A stretch of DNA of 64,000 bases from Camelus ferus (lineage: Eukaryota), in contig NC_045707.1 in assembly GCF_009834535.1 (NCBI RefSeq), positions 59,212,001 through 59,276,000 of the forward strand, read 5' to 3'. Shown here in pieces: positions 13,889-27,236 of this stretch (positions are counted from its first letter, which is position 1; every line of letters begins with the position of its first letter). The notes under the pieces are model-generated. The model was not told the origin of the DNA, ran no database searches, and was given only the letters and a program-made list of their open reading frames with translations. The position numbers were made by a program, and so were the translations under genes.

Positions 13889-14087
13889 GCATGCAGTTGT
13901 ATGTGTGACCCTTAAGCACCAGCAGGTAAATACTTACCACAGAGCATTATTATAAGCATTAAGTTAGATAATGTTAATAAATTGACAGTAACATACAAAT
14001 CTCACCTATGTGCCAGCTCCACATAGTGATAGAGAATACATAAATGAAGGTTCAAATCCCTGTTCCTCTATTCAAAGTGTCCACTAA

Positions 14088-14268
14088 CCAGTATTTCTGA
14101 ACACTAGTGGCATGTTGGGATCACCTAGGGAGTTTTGAAAAATTAAAAATCCCCAAGCTACAGTAAAGATTGGTTTAAAAAAGAATATCTAGGCATGGAT
14201 CCCTTGAGCCAGTATTTTTAAAATCTTTTCATGTGATTCTGATAATCAGTGAGTTTTGGGAACCACTG
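14088..14268. mobile_element. MER5A-like hAT-Charlie MITE
   Basis: Ends 'ccagtatttctgaa'..'tgggaaccactg'; internal 'gatcacctagggagttttgaaaa' and 'gtgattctgat'. Confidence 0.75.
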
Positions 14269-14277
14269 TCATCGAAA

Positions 14278-14610
14278 TTGTTTCCTCTTCTATAAAATGA
14301 GGATAATACGGGATAATAATAAGACAATGATATGTTTGTCACAGCTTACGGTATGCTGTAAATAACTTGCTCTAAATCAAGTTCTGAGCACAGTACAGCA
14401 TTTTGAGTGGATGGAGTGCAAGCTTTGTAACCAGGGTCATGATCAGCTGCACCGCTTTTTAGGTCTGTCATTGGTCAACTCACATGATTTTGAGACTCAT
14501 TTCCCTCATTTCTAACCTGGAAGAAACTGTATTTAATTCAGGGAGTTAATCTAAGGATGAAATTAGATAACATATATAAAAGCACTTCACACATTTTAGG
14601 TGCATTAGTT
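14278..14610 (+). mobile_element. Two MIR fragments
   Basis: 'tttcctcttctataaaatgaggataata' and 'gactcatttccctcatttctaacctgg..aggatgaaattagataacatatataaaagcactt'. Confidence 0.6.
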
Positions 14611-16869
14611 CCCAAACTTTCTTCCCTAAATGTCTCTGCAAAGCATCCTTACAATCATAATATAAATTTTCATATGGAATTTTAAATGCTAGGAAGGAAA
14701 AAGATACCTTATATTGGTCCAGCCATCTGGATGTACTGATAGTTCTTTGACCTTTTCTAGGTCTGGCTACTGACATAGTATGGTTTTAAGGTAAAGGCTG
14801 CAGAAGTCTGCCTCATTAAGGAAAAAGTAGGCTTATTTTTCAAGCATACATTATTGGACTTTGCCTCTACTTCTTCCACACTATCTATTTTATTTCCCTT
14901 TCCTAAGATTTCTGCGTATCACCCATATTCCAGGAGTTACTGAGTACAAAAGGCTGAGATATCATCTCCAAGATACCTCTTCTAACATTCTAGAAACATA
15001 CATATTTAAAAGAGGTCCTCTATCTGTGAAATTGAGAATGCTTCCCTAAAATTAGCAGCCTGGTGAGATTTCTGGGATTCCCAATCTGGGGAATCTGAAA
15101 GATGTAATGCAAACCCCAAAATTGCCCTGTTCCAGATATATGAATTAGTAATCACAAACTCAATACTTTGACTTAGTAAACACAATGGTTACCCATACCC
15201 CCACCAATCTGAAGGTGTGGTTGACTGCAGAAAAGCAATCATTTTGAGAACTTTACAAAATTATTCTCTTCCTGGTATAGTTATAACTGTAAAATATCAC
15301 TTGATATATTGTCTTCTCTTTAGACAATTAGGCCAGTGGAAGCATGATTAGTTTCTAAAGTATAATATTTGAGATTATACTGTATAGCAAATCAGAAATT
15401 GAAATAACCCATTAAACATATTAAAAGACTTCTAAAGACAAAACCCCTCAGTCTGGAATAAAAAGACTTGAAACAGAATGACAAAAGAAACAAGGCCCAA
15501 AGGAAAACACTTACATTTTCTATTTATAAGTACCATTAGAATAACAAAGTCATACTGTGAAAATAAGATAGTAAAATGGCTTGTTTTAATAAGCCATTGC
15601 CAAGGTATTTTAGGAAATGAATATTTTGCAACAACAGAGTTGAGTCATCCCCAAGTACAGAATATATTTTCTAAACAGCTTCTTTTGGTCAGAATCGGGT
15701 TTAATTTTTGGCCAGCTTTTAAATGCTTTCTTACAAAAGAACTATTTTTAACTGAGTCATGATATTCCTTTCATTCTCAAAAGTAGTTTTGTGCGATTAG
15801 GGGTTGGGGGACGCCGAAAGGAGATGGATCGACACGAACAAAAGCACGTAGCAGGACAAAGATGCCAGCACTTACAGCAGTGATTTAGGCTTCCTGGATT
15901 TCTGTTGATTTCCTTACCTTGAAAAAGTCTAAGCCTTTTCATTTTCTTGAATCTAAACAGAAGTAAAATGGACTTTCAGCTATTTCAATCTAAACTAAGC
16001 TCCTATTTTCCTACTAGAAAGTACTATTAACTGAGAAAGATACATTATATAAGAGCCAAATAAATAAGACTCCATTTAAAGGACCCTAAGAAGGCACACA
16101 ATGAACACAAAAATCAATGTGAGCCTCTTCGACAACTGAAATTAGGTGTCTCATAATGTTTTGCCAGCTTCATAGAGCATTGTATATTTGCAAAATAACC
16201 CTCTCTGCCTCTGTGTTCCTTTGTCTTCCTTTGCCTCTCTCATTAAAAAACAATTTTGCCCTTTTGCTAACATTTCATAGGCTTAGGGACTATCTTTAAG
16301 ACTTGGTCACAAAAACTTGAATTGGTGGCACCGGCATTGCTAACGGCAAATTAACCTGGAAAAATACCCTGGGATTGTTCAGTAGCACATTACCATTGAT
16401 AATTTGTATTTTGAAGTTTGGCTTTCTTTTCCTTCTATGTCATGCGGCATCGAAAGAAAAATGAAGAAAGACTTCAGAGGCTTGCCTGGAAAAAAAACCA
16501 AAATGCCTAGTTTTACCTTGCAGTATCTAACATTCTCATATCTAAAGGTACAGAACTGAGCTGTGAGGCACTGGTTTAAGGTTAGAAGAGGGAACTGGTT
16601 GGCTGCTTCAAATCAAGTTTCTCAGACAAGGACAAACCGCAGTAAAGCACCACCGCTTGTTAAACAGATGTACCAAGAGACACGTGATCAGAGCAAAACT
16701 CTTCAACGCTAAACGTGTTTTGCTAAACTTTTCATACCTCACTCTGAATCTGATTTTATTTTTAAAGGAAAAGGATTAGTAAGAAAATGATTCATTTTAG
16801 GCATGATTTATTCTATTATTAAAATAATATGGCCTACGACGACTGATTTTGAGGTCCTATCTGACCACT

Positions 16870-17120
16870 CACTGAAAAATTCAACTCCTAATGCTCAATG
16901 TAGCATCTCCATTTACCTTAACTCACTCTACTCTTTCCTTTTTGTACATTCTAACATGAATACATAATTCATGCAATTTTGTATTGATTGATTGTTGAAG
17001 GTCTCCTCTTATTTACATATAAAATCTATGAGGGCAGAAGTCTTTGTTTTAGTCACTGGTGTTATCCCAAGAGTGCAGAGTAATGCCTAGCAAAACATAT
17101 TTGGTGAAGGCATGAATGAA
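16870..17120 (+). mobile_element. LINE-2 3' end
   Basis: 'ctatgagggcagaagtctttgttttagtcactggtgttatcccaagagtgcagagtaatgcctagca..atttggtgaagggcatgaatgaa'. Confidence 0.75.
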
Positions 17121-18235
17121 TACCACCACGACACACATTAATCAGAATCCCTGTCCCACTATCTAGGTATTAGCCCACTGGAAGCTGAGTCAGTTTTTAG
17201 TGTTGGCTCTAACATTTAATCTCTTTATTAGCTATTGACTATAATTGATTCTACCTGCATCCATTTTAGAAACATAAATTCTACGGTTTGAAAAATACTG
17301 CATTTTCTCCCAGTCTCAAAGGAGTATGTGACAAAATCAGAAAGAGACGTAAAACCATATAGCGTTGTATGTATGCATTACAGTGGAAAAATACTTTCAG
17401 CGTTCATCTTCTACAAGTCTCCATTCTTTAAATAAACAACAGATAAGGAAAAGGAGAACAAATAATAAGCTACATCATTTTGCCTCGGTTTAACAGACCA
17501 GAAGAATCTAATTTGAAAATGCTAAAAAAAAAAAAAAAAAAAAAGGTGTTTAAATGAAATAATAATCCCACAGACCTAGAGAGAGCTTGGGTTTCATTGC
17601 TGAAGTTCTGAACTTCAATACAGAGGAATGCCAGATTTCTGTTTAGAAAATGATTCTCTGTGACATTTCAGTGAGTTGTCAAATCTATAACCTCCATTTT
17701 TTGACTGTCGCTAGAGGACGATGCCTTTCCTATGGGGGTTACACCTCTGTGAGTGGTTAAAAAAGGAAGGGCGAGCTTTCTGCACACGGCACCATCATTC
17801 ACTGAAGAAGGTTATTTTCGTGCTAAATCATCTGCACGAAACCATATGGTTAGAAGAAAATAGACTATTAGCCAATACAGAGCATCTCCAGAGGGCACTA
17901 GACTGGCATTAGATGCCTGCTGATTTGTTTGCTATTTGAATAGATGCCTTCTTTTCCTTGGCTCATTGAAGGAAATTGTGATTTGGGGCAGTAAGCCCAC
18001 TTTAAAAGACAGAATAGAACAGAATTTCTTCAAATAAGAAACACTTCCCAGTATTTTACATATATTTACATGTAGACATGAATCTTGATCTCAAGGAATT
18101 TACAAATCAGAATAGGATAAAGCACGCACATACAAAGCCACAGTGAAATTGTAACATGATAAATGCCACATAAAAACACATCAAGGCTATATATTTCAAT
18201 GCTTTTGGTAAAAAAATAAAATAAAATGAAAACAT

Positions 18236-18341
18236 TTATCTTGAATTTTCAGTCTCCAGAATTGTCAGAAAATAAAGCATCTAGTTTTTAAGCTACGTAG
18301 TCTGTGGCACTTTGCGATGACATCCCTAACAAATTAATACA
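18236..18341 (+). mobile_element. MLT1 LTR 3' fragment
   Basis: 'atcttgaattttcagtctccagaattgtcagaaaataaag..tttaagctacgtagtctgtggcactttgcgatgacatccctaacaaattaataca'. Confidence 0.8.
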
Positions 18342-21169
18342 ATGCATACGAACCTGTCTTTTCTGGAATTAATAGATAAACCAAACTAATGGAAAATTGG
18401 TGACTCCTGCTCCTGTAAAGATAGCAATAATCAAAAGGCCTTTGTAGAAAAAAGTCTCCATTTGGATGTAAAGATAAATATTAAATGTACAGGAATTTCA
18501 GATACAACAATGATAAATACAAAACAACTAATATTTGCAATGTATTTTTACCATGACTCTTTTGTTTAGTAGTATTAACCTTGTGAACTGGCTTTGTAGA
18601 TTTCAATCTACAGATTGGCTTGTTCAACCCACACAGCTGGAATGTGAACCCAGACCCCCTAACTTTAAATCCTATTGTATCACAATGTCACCTCTGTGTG
18701 CCAGTTTCATTTGGGTTGAATTTCTTTTGTGTTAATTGCCTTTAGTGAAGGACATTCAATTTTTTTTAATGTTGGTAAAGACCATGTTCCTTGTAAGCGA
18801 TGGAAATACCAGCAATCTGGTATAACAGGTAAGTTTATTTTCCAATAATTCAAAATCATTAATTTTGTTTTTATAATGCTAATTAATCCAGCCTCTCAAA
18901 ACAAGATCACTCAGCCTTCTGGGTTGTAACCTGTGCCTTAAAATTGAATTAGAAAATGTATTATTCACTATTTTAGAACGCCCAATATATATAGTACAGA
19001 AACACCTCAATTATCTAAGCAGAACCCAGTAACTCTCAGCATGATTATTGCTACATTTATCGGTATGAAGTTACAACTGACTTATTTCAATTTCTGTTAT
19101 TTTCTACATTGTTGTGTAATAAGGACTGATATTTAGGATGAGAGAACTGAAGATTTTCTAACATCAAATAGCCAATTGTAACTAGCAAGCTTTATTTACA
19201 AGTCAAAACAAAATGGAGACATGTTTTTATTAAATTTTTGACCAAAAACATTGAAATTAACAGCACTTTATATTGCTATATGGCATTTACCATTTTCTAC
19301 TTTCACTATAGTTTTGTATGTACATGTTTTAACCTCTACTTATTTGTAAATTCTTGAGATTAAGATTAATGTCTAATTCATCTTTGCAACCTCACTTTGT
19401 CCTCCTTGTAGGTTTCCAATAAATATTTAATTCATGGATAAATTAATTATAAGCCAAATAGTTTCTATGGATCACTCAGATATTACAAATGTGAATTAAA
19501 TCAAAATAATCCACTAAGTAATGATTTTCTATCAAAGAAAACTTGTACATCAAAGTAAGAGTATTTATACCTCAGACAGATAGTAAACAAATGAAGTACT
19601 ACCATATGGCAGAGTCCTTTCATCTGGGTTAAACAGATTTTGTATATTAATTTATACATGGTGTTTATCAAATGTTCATTGCATAAGAAAGTTTTCTTCT
19701 GTAAAAATTTCTGCATTTGGTCTGTGGTTTAGGAAACCAAAGTCCATTAGTCTAGCTTATTTATACCATCACCTTGGCACAGAGAACTCCCCTGGGGTAT
19801 CTGGGAAGCAAACGTCCTCTCCTGCTGTTTCAATTAGCACTCTAGAACACTCATTACCTTTAGTAGAAACTATCTTTGAAACCGTAACACCCTTCAGCTT
19901 GAAATATGTTTTCTGACAGGTTCAGAGGCAAAAGGTTTAGGATTTTTATTAGGGGATTTACACGGGGTTGAAAATTTTAACTGGAGGAAGACATTGGCCA
20001 AAACATTCACAGAAAGTGATCACCAGTCCCTCCTGCTGCTTAGCAAAATAACCAAGTCCACATCTTAGAGCACAGTGGGGTTAGAATGCTAGGAACACAC
20101 TTGGCCAGCGTTACAAATGACAAAGCCTTGGAATCCTAAGCCTAGCCCCTTGTCAGCTAGGGTTACAGCACCTACTTCCTCACTTTGTCTACCTTTTGAG
20201 TTGAGACAGTACAAACATTTCTTTTCTCTTTCCCCACTTGATTATGTGGCTCCAGCCGCCAGTCAACACGGTTTATTGAGCCTCTTTTCTATGGGGAAGC
20301 TGTGCTATCGTGCTGTGGATCAGCACACAAGAGAGGAGGAAATTATCCCTGCCTTTGAAGATTTCCAAATATGAAGAACCTAGGGAAGAAGTTAATTCTG
20401 AAGTCGCCCATTCATTTTTCGGACTGTAAGGAGAAAGAGACAGAAATTAACAGAAACAAGTGCTGCCAAGGCCATGTCCTTCTCCTGATTTGGGTATACT
20501 GTCATGAGAAAGACACATGGGATACAATCAGAATCCTCGGGCTCACATAAATTGGCCTTATTTTTAGGGAAGCACCCCACATGAATCTGAAAACACACGC
20601 CATTTACTGAAAGGTGACCTTATTAAGGAAATTAGCAACTACATGCTGTAAAGGCATGAAATGTATGATAAAACAGTTCTAAAAATATCTTAGTGCAGCT
20701 TTCACATTTTCAGGCAGAGGCTATGTGATCAACACAGGTGAAATCAAGCTGTATCAAGGTTTATTTAAAAATCTCATTTCTTTTAAACAAACCATTGTTT
20801 TGATATAAAGATTTGTAGGAATTCTTACCAAGGTGTTTTATTTCCCACCAAAAGGTTGTTGGGGAACATTTGGGGGGGGGTGTATCTCTTTGTCTGCTTT
20901 TTCTGTTTCCTACAGTCTCATCTGTTGTTGCAAGTGAAGCGTTTTGATAAACAGATAAAGACAATGTGCAGCAACTCAGTGGAAGAGGGAAGCCAACTTC
21001 CAGAACCATTTTATGATAACTTCAATCTCTCCAGTATCTCTTCCCTTGCAATGTTCCTTATGATCGATAAATAAGTTTCTCACTGTTCCTAAGATTGATT
21101 GGTTTCATCACAGGCAAGAAATTTTTTCTACCATAGTTCATTGAGTGCTATCCCCAGCACAACTTTTGC

Positions 21170-21220
21170 TGTCTCTCTTTCTCTTTCTCTCTTTCTCCTT
21201 CTCTCTCTCTCTCTCTCTTC
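21170..21220. repeat. Imperfect (CT)n / pyrimidine microsatellite
   Basis: 'tctctctttctctttctctctttctccttctctctctctctctctcttc'. Confidence 0.9.
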
Positions 21221-22049
21221 CTAGTCCCTCTTCAAGAGAGATGTTAGGTAAAAGAAGAAGAACATATACTAAATGTGATTAAGAACCATGATGGGTAGTT
21301 CTTTGCCAAATGATGACTTCTGGAAAGTAGGGATCTACTTAAAGTTGAGTTTCCAGCTACAAAGAGCAAAGATGTTTTATGGAAGTGAAAAGTCAACACC
21401 TAAGTATCAAGTAATCAATCAGTGCACACTGTTAACACTGATTATTAACAGGTTATACTTTCACAGACCTCTATTTTACTGGGGAGAAAATTATTGAACT
21501 ACTGTTCTTTCTATGTGGAATTACGAGGGGCTAGAACTGCAATGACTTCCCACTGGCAAGATATTTCTTCTTAATATTCTGCAATAGAGCTCCCTGGGAC
21601 ATTTTCTCTTGAAATATTCAGCTACTGCAAACAAAGAGAGCTGGGAATCAGAGCAGATCAGGGAGCTGTACTTTGTGTGGAAGGGAGTGGGTGGTAATTT
21701 GATTAGGCAGTCAGGACAGCCAGTTCTGAAACAAAAGCTATTTCACAAAAGAAATCACTTTAATGGCCAAAAGTAAAAAAGAGGAAAACATTATAGGTTC
21801 TATAGTGATATTAATGCAAGTTTCATTACTTTGAAACCAAGGTTAACTGCCTTTATAAAACATCCTATAATGTCTTTTAAAAGACACACAAATTTGAATT
21901 ATTTTAAGACACGTTATGCAAGCGTAGGCTCAGATGCTGGCTTAGTGCTACAAGAGGTTCATTGGATTTTCTTGTGAAAGAAAGAGAAGTACCTTCTCTC
22001 TTGAATTTGAGTTTCTTGATCATTCATGCCAAGGATCTTACTTCTGGGT

Positions 22050-22530
22050 TCTTCTTCTGGGTTTTAGGCACATACAAAGTTGAGGAAAACGTGGTCTGTG
22101 ATCCAAGGGGTATACAGCCTAAGAGGAAAGTTGTAAGATGTACACATAGCCCTTTTGTTACATAAAATACAAAAAAATCATTAGAGAGGTTACAACATAC
22201 TATGAAATTGAGAGGAGTTTACAAAAAAAATTCTTCCTGGAGAATTAGCAAAGGTTTCATTGAGGTAGTAGTTCTTGAAATGGGCCTTAACGTTTGGGAA
22301 AAAAATGAGATGAGATGGCACTGGTGGGAAGGACTTTGCACAAAGTGAGTAACATTAACAAGAGCCCAGAGAGGTGAGAATGTGGACAGTCCCTGAGAGT
22401 GAATAATGCAATCTGACTAAAGAACAGAGTACGGGAAAAGGATGACAGAAGAGGCAGCTTGATCAAATTCACCCACGTTCTTGAATGCCAAGCCCAAAAT
22501 TTGGACTTAATTCCTCAAGCAATGAATGAG
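22050..22530 (-). mobile_element. LINE-2 fragment
   Basis: 'aaaggtttcattgaggtagtagttcttgaaatgggcctt..ttgaatgccaagcccaaaatttggacttaattcctcaagcaatg'. Confidence 0.7.
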
Positions 22531-22781
22531 GATGAGAACTACCATATCCTGCATGCATTTTATCCCTTTCAAAACCAGTTCTTATGCCATATCATTGAAT
22601 TTCCCCACTGGCCCATAAGGTAGACAACTTATATATAGGAGTCTATAAATGGGATTTAAGCAATTGTTCCAAAGCTCCTTCCTCTATGTAACTTCTTTGC
22701 TGTCATGAACAACTTTGAAAATTTCAAAGTTACAAACTTCTTCCCAGAAAGATGCAATGCATATACATACATAGACATACC

Positions 22782-22801
22782 CACACACACACACACACAC
22801 A
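22782..22801. repeat. (CA)n microsatellite
   Basis: About 10 CA units. Confidence 0.9.
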
Positions 22802-23289
22802 TTTTTCTTATACTTTCATGGTTTTCACTCATTCTCATTTTCATTCCTTGTCAGAAACTCCTAAATCATCCAAAGATATCACCCAGTGAAGGAATACGTT
22901 CCGTTCTAATTCTACGATCCAGTAGTACTGCAACATGAGAAGATAGCAGAGAATGTGAAAGAAGTAAGTTACTGAATAAGGTCATTATCTTTTCTTATTC
23001 TATAAATATGAAGGGAGTATGTACATTAAATGGTTAACTCAAACAATATAATAATTTCACCCCAAATTCAGAAATGTTCCTTTTATAAAATAAAAACAGC
23101 AGGTTGATCTAAATCCATACCACCCAACAAATCACTTAAGTCCTTTGAATCTTTCACTAGCTTTTGTTCCATTGGTCTTAATATTTTATCTAAAGCTCTC
23201 TTGTTTTACCCTTACCCATATCTTCCAATTCAAATATCAACATTTTCATCAGTTAAGAATTCTCATGCCTCAGCTTCTTAGAGGACAAG

Positions 23290-23480
23290 GCCTTAGGGAC
23301 AAAATATGTAGATCTGAGTCCCAAATCTATGCTTACCAACCATGTGAACCTGGATAAACTATACCTCTATTAAGTCCATAAAAATCTCTCAGATTCTTCT
23401 TCTTTAAAATGGGGATAATAATTATCCTCTTTCTTAAAAGGCTTTTACAATCTAAAACATATCTAAATGAAAGAAACAGT
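23290..23480 (+). mobile_element. MIR SINE
   Basis: 'gatctgagtcccaaatctatgcttaccaaccatgtgaacctggataaac..ttcttctttaaaatggggataataat'. Confidence 0.7.
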
Positions 23481-24819
23481 ACTCACTATGATTCATTAAC
23501 CATTTTAAAGTACCTAATTGTCTTAACAGCATTAAATTTGGGAAGCAAAAAAGTAATTTTAAAAACAAAAAGAGCTGAAAATAAGAACAAGCTCACAGTA
23601 TCATCAAAGAGAAAGACACATAAACAATGAACAGTACAGGTTATGTACTAAAGGCATATATAAAATGCTGGGAGGCCACAGATTCAGACGAAGAAACGAT
23701 GACTGAGAGGCGGGGAGGGGGCCAATGAAGAGGAGTGTTCCAGGAGGGGTTTTCTAGCAAATAATAGCAAAGCTTGTTACCGAAGTGATTCTCAGTGTCA
23801 CACAGGAAATTCCCATGGAGCAGCACTGATGCTTCAGAATAAAAATACCATGTAGGCAAAAGAGAAATACCATATCTTGGCTTAAATGCTGTTTACTAGT
23901 CCATATATACCTTTGTGAAAGTTCACTATCTTTTCAGTTATATGAAGAAATATTTGCACGTGTTTCAAATCAGGTATCAGAAAAAAAAAAAAAGCAGACC
24001 ATGGAAATGATGTTTATAAAGCAACAAATGTGAGTTCAGTTTTTTGCAGGAATTTGAAATTCCATTATTCCTAATGTAAGAGAACAGTCAACAGTCCTCA
24101 GTAACCATCAACCCATATAATTAATTTCTTCTTCTTGATTAAAAACAGAATTTTTCAGAGATTTTGTTCTTTTTTTTTATTATCTTTGGGAACATACTTC
24201 TTTCTCCATTCTTTACCATGAAGTTGCATTATTTTAGTACATTCATCAAGAAAATGTATACTCTTTATCAGCAATATAAAGGTAAATGACTATATTCTCA
24301 CATCTGGACATCTCTATGGGGTAGAAAGCATATGGATCCCATAAACTAGTATCTTTGCTGGAAATAATTTCCTGAATCAAAATATTTCCGTCAGTTTCTA
24401 CAGACAGGTGTAGAGTTGACTAACATAAAATTCTGTACTCCCCCAGGGCGTGCTGTCGTGGACAGGGTCACAGTGCACAAGCACGCAGGCTGAGCGCTGC
24501 CAGCTCCAGGAAGGCACTGTTTGCTTGGATCATGACACGAACGCTGTCTACTGGAACTACACAGAGCAGATACTTCTGCACAGGCATGACGTGGGACACC
24601 AAACACATTATGTATCACCACTTAGTTGGAAAATTTTTCTGACCTATATGGTAACCAACTCTAAACCATACAGATGCCATTACTTCTAAATATGTATTCT
24701 GACCAAGGATAGGTGACTCCTCCCTCCAATGACATTTCTGGTCCTCATAGCTTCTTTTCCTACTCTGTCAGGCATCAAGATAGTCTGGCTAAAATTTTTT
24801 TAATTTTTAATCTGTGCTA

Positions 24820-24950
24820 GTCACCATGTTAAGCATTCTGTTACCTTTTATTTTCTCCCATTTTACAGATGAAAAATGCAAGGTTGAAAGAAATTAAGAG
24901 ATTTTCCCAAAGTCATATATCTGGATAAAGAACAGTCCTGGAATGAAGGA
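24820..24950 (-). mobile_element. MIR SINE fragment
   Basis: 'cccattttacagatgaaaaatgcaagg..aaattaagagattttcccaaagtcata'. Confidence 0.7.
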
Positions 24951-25779
24951 TACACTACATACACATTGTTTAATCCAGGAAATAAACCTAGGGATGCCTA
25001 AAAGCAGGAGACTGAGGCAAATATAAGGGATCTAACCCAAGCTCTACATATTTCTGTGGGAGCCCAAGCAGTCCAAGATTAATAAATAAATCAGTAGAAA
25101 TAAGACCCTCAATCCAGTACGAAGCTTGTACACAACTGTTTATCCAGCAGAGAAAGCTAATGTATCTTAACTAGTTGGAAGTAAAGATTAGATGGTAAAG
25201 TTCTCTTATTCCTGACTGGTCAGCTTAAACAGTTAGCACAACATCAAGGGTCCAGCCAGTTCAGAGAAGCATCAAATTTCATCCACCTTAAAATTTTACT
25301 CTTTAAGTACTCACTTGAGAAGTGACATCATCACTATGATAATCAAACAAGTACTCTAACCATCAGTTACCTGCTCAAATTGAATGGGTTTTCTCAATGC
25401 ACAATTTCTATCAATGTCACAGAAAGTAGGACTTTGCACCCCAAAGTTTTCAGACAGCATATAGTTTTTCCACATTGCGTGAAGGATTTCTAGCCTAGGA
25501 CCTCTTTGTTTACAGACCTGGCCATGACCTGCTAAAAGTGTCTTCTAGCTTTAAACCTAGGATTAGTGGTACAAGTCAGAATATTCATAGAATATTACTT
25601 GTTTAATGAAATGAAATGAAAGAAAGAATGAATGAGGTCAGAGTCAACATACATAGATTATCACCTATTATTGCATGCCTTAAAGTCAACAATCACATCT
25701 TTCTTTACTCTGTGTCTCCTAAGCCTAAAAATGTGACATCACACAGTGGGTGCTCAATGAGTATCTATGGGAGTTGTCT

Positions 25780-26190
25780 TTAGCCTATTATTCACACACC
25801 ATCACTTCCTTTGTACTTCACAGCAAAACTCTGAGATACACTATTACCATTTCCATATTTACAATGAGGCGGTTATCCTTTTCCCAAGAAGAGCCAACTA
25901 GTAAAAATGACTGAGCTGAAATTCAAAACCAAAACTTCTTGCACTAAATCTAGTTTTGAAAGTGACATGAGTGAACTTAATGATTCAAAAATTCATAACC
26001 AGTAACTAGGGAGTTAACATTTATCTAGTACCTTGCACACTGTGAAAAACTCACTAGGCACAGTCAATATTCACTTAATCCTCATAATAATCTTGAGATG
26101 TAGGTATTATTATTTCAATTAGAGAGACATAAAAAGGAAACTTCAAAAATGCTGAAAAATATACCCAAGGTCACACAACTAGAAAATGGT
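25780..26190 (-). mobile_element. Two adjacent MIR fragments
   Basis: 'ctgagatacactattaccatttccatatttacaatgagg' and 'cacttaatcctcataataatcttgagatgtaggtattattatt..cccaaggtcacacaactag'. Confidence 0.65.
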
Positions 26191-27236
26191 GACTTATATA
26201 GTAAAATACATGTGCTTTATATGCAGTGACTTCTCAAAAAGCCATGGAAGGACCTGAACCTCAAAACTTAGGCAGTCAGAGGAGGAGATCAAGACGGTGA
26301 AGTAGGAGGATGCTGAGCTCACTTCCCACCATAAAGATTTCAAGAAATACATTTACACATGGAGCAATTCTCAATGAAAACAGACTGGAGACCGGCAGAA
26401 AGACTCTTACAAAAACAAGACTGTAAAGAAAGATCCACAAGGAGTCACATAGGAGGGGAAGAGAATTGACTGAGTTGAATCCTGTGCCCCTAGGAAAAGA
26501 CACAGTAGAGGAGGGGGATCACACAGGCTCAGACATCCTGCATGGGGAGTGCATAGTACAAACAACATATTGAGAACCCCAGCCCTGGGATGTGACACCA
26601 GGAAGATGAGTCCCATTAGTGGGTGTGAAAACCAATGGGACTTATCAGAGGGCTGTAAGAAACCTAAACTCTGCTTGTGAACAGCATGCACACACTTGCT
26701 TACTCCCAAAACAAGTCTGGGAAAGCAAACTGAAACAGCCCAGGACCCTGGCCAATTGCCCACAACTGCCTGTGTGTGCCCCAGCCCGTGCTAAGCACCT
26801 GCTCCAGCCTATACTGCTCCAGGGTTGCTCTGCTCTGGAGCGAAGATGCCACTGCAGGGAGGCACGAGATCACACACTTAGAAGGAATGGAACCAGCTCA
26901 GACCTGACCCTAAGGGCTTCTGCTCCAGTACCTTGGGACCTGACGCCACTGCTGACAGAGCTGTGGCAGCCACTGAGCACAAAGGAAGCCCCAGCTCACA
27001 CCTGACTTTGACTCTAGCCACTCCCATATCCAGCCCCACATCCCACCAAGGTGATAGATGCCAGCACATGATGGGGAAGATGTGACACATGCTCACTTCA
27101 GATTCAGCTGTCCCGACCAAAGCCACTGGACACATGTACACTTTGCAGGGATGCTCTCACACAAAGATACTCCTTCAGACCAGGATAGGTAACTGTTTCA
27201 CATAATTCCATAGAGAAGAAAAGAAAGTTAAGCAAA

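Noticed and set aside
17500..17550. Poly-A run read as a minus-strand acceptor or retrogene tail
   Set aside because: No convincing donor, TSD or upstream ORF; likely a simple homopolymer
700..18840. Isolated strong plus-strand donors (GAG|GTAAGT near 721, CAG|GTAAGT near 18828)
   Set aside because: No matching good acceptor or recognisable reading frame upstream; such hexamers occur frequently by chance
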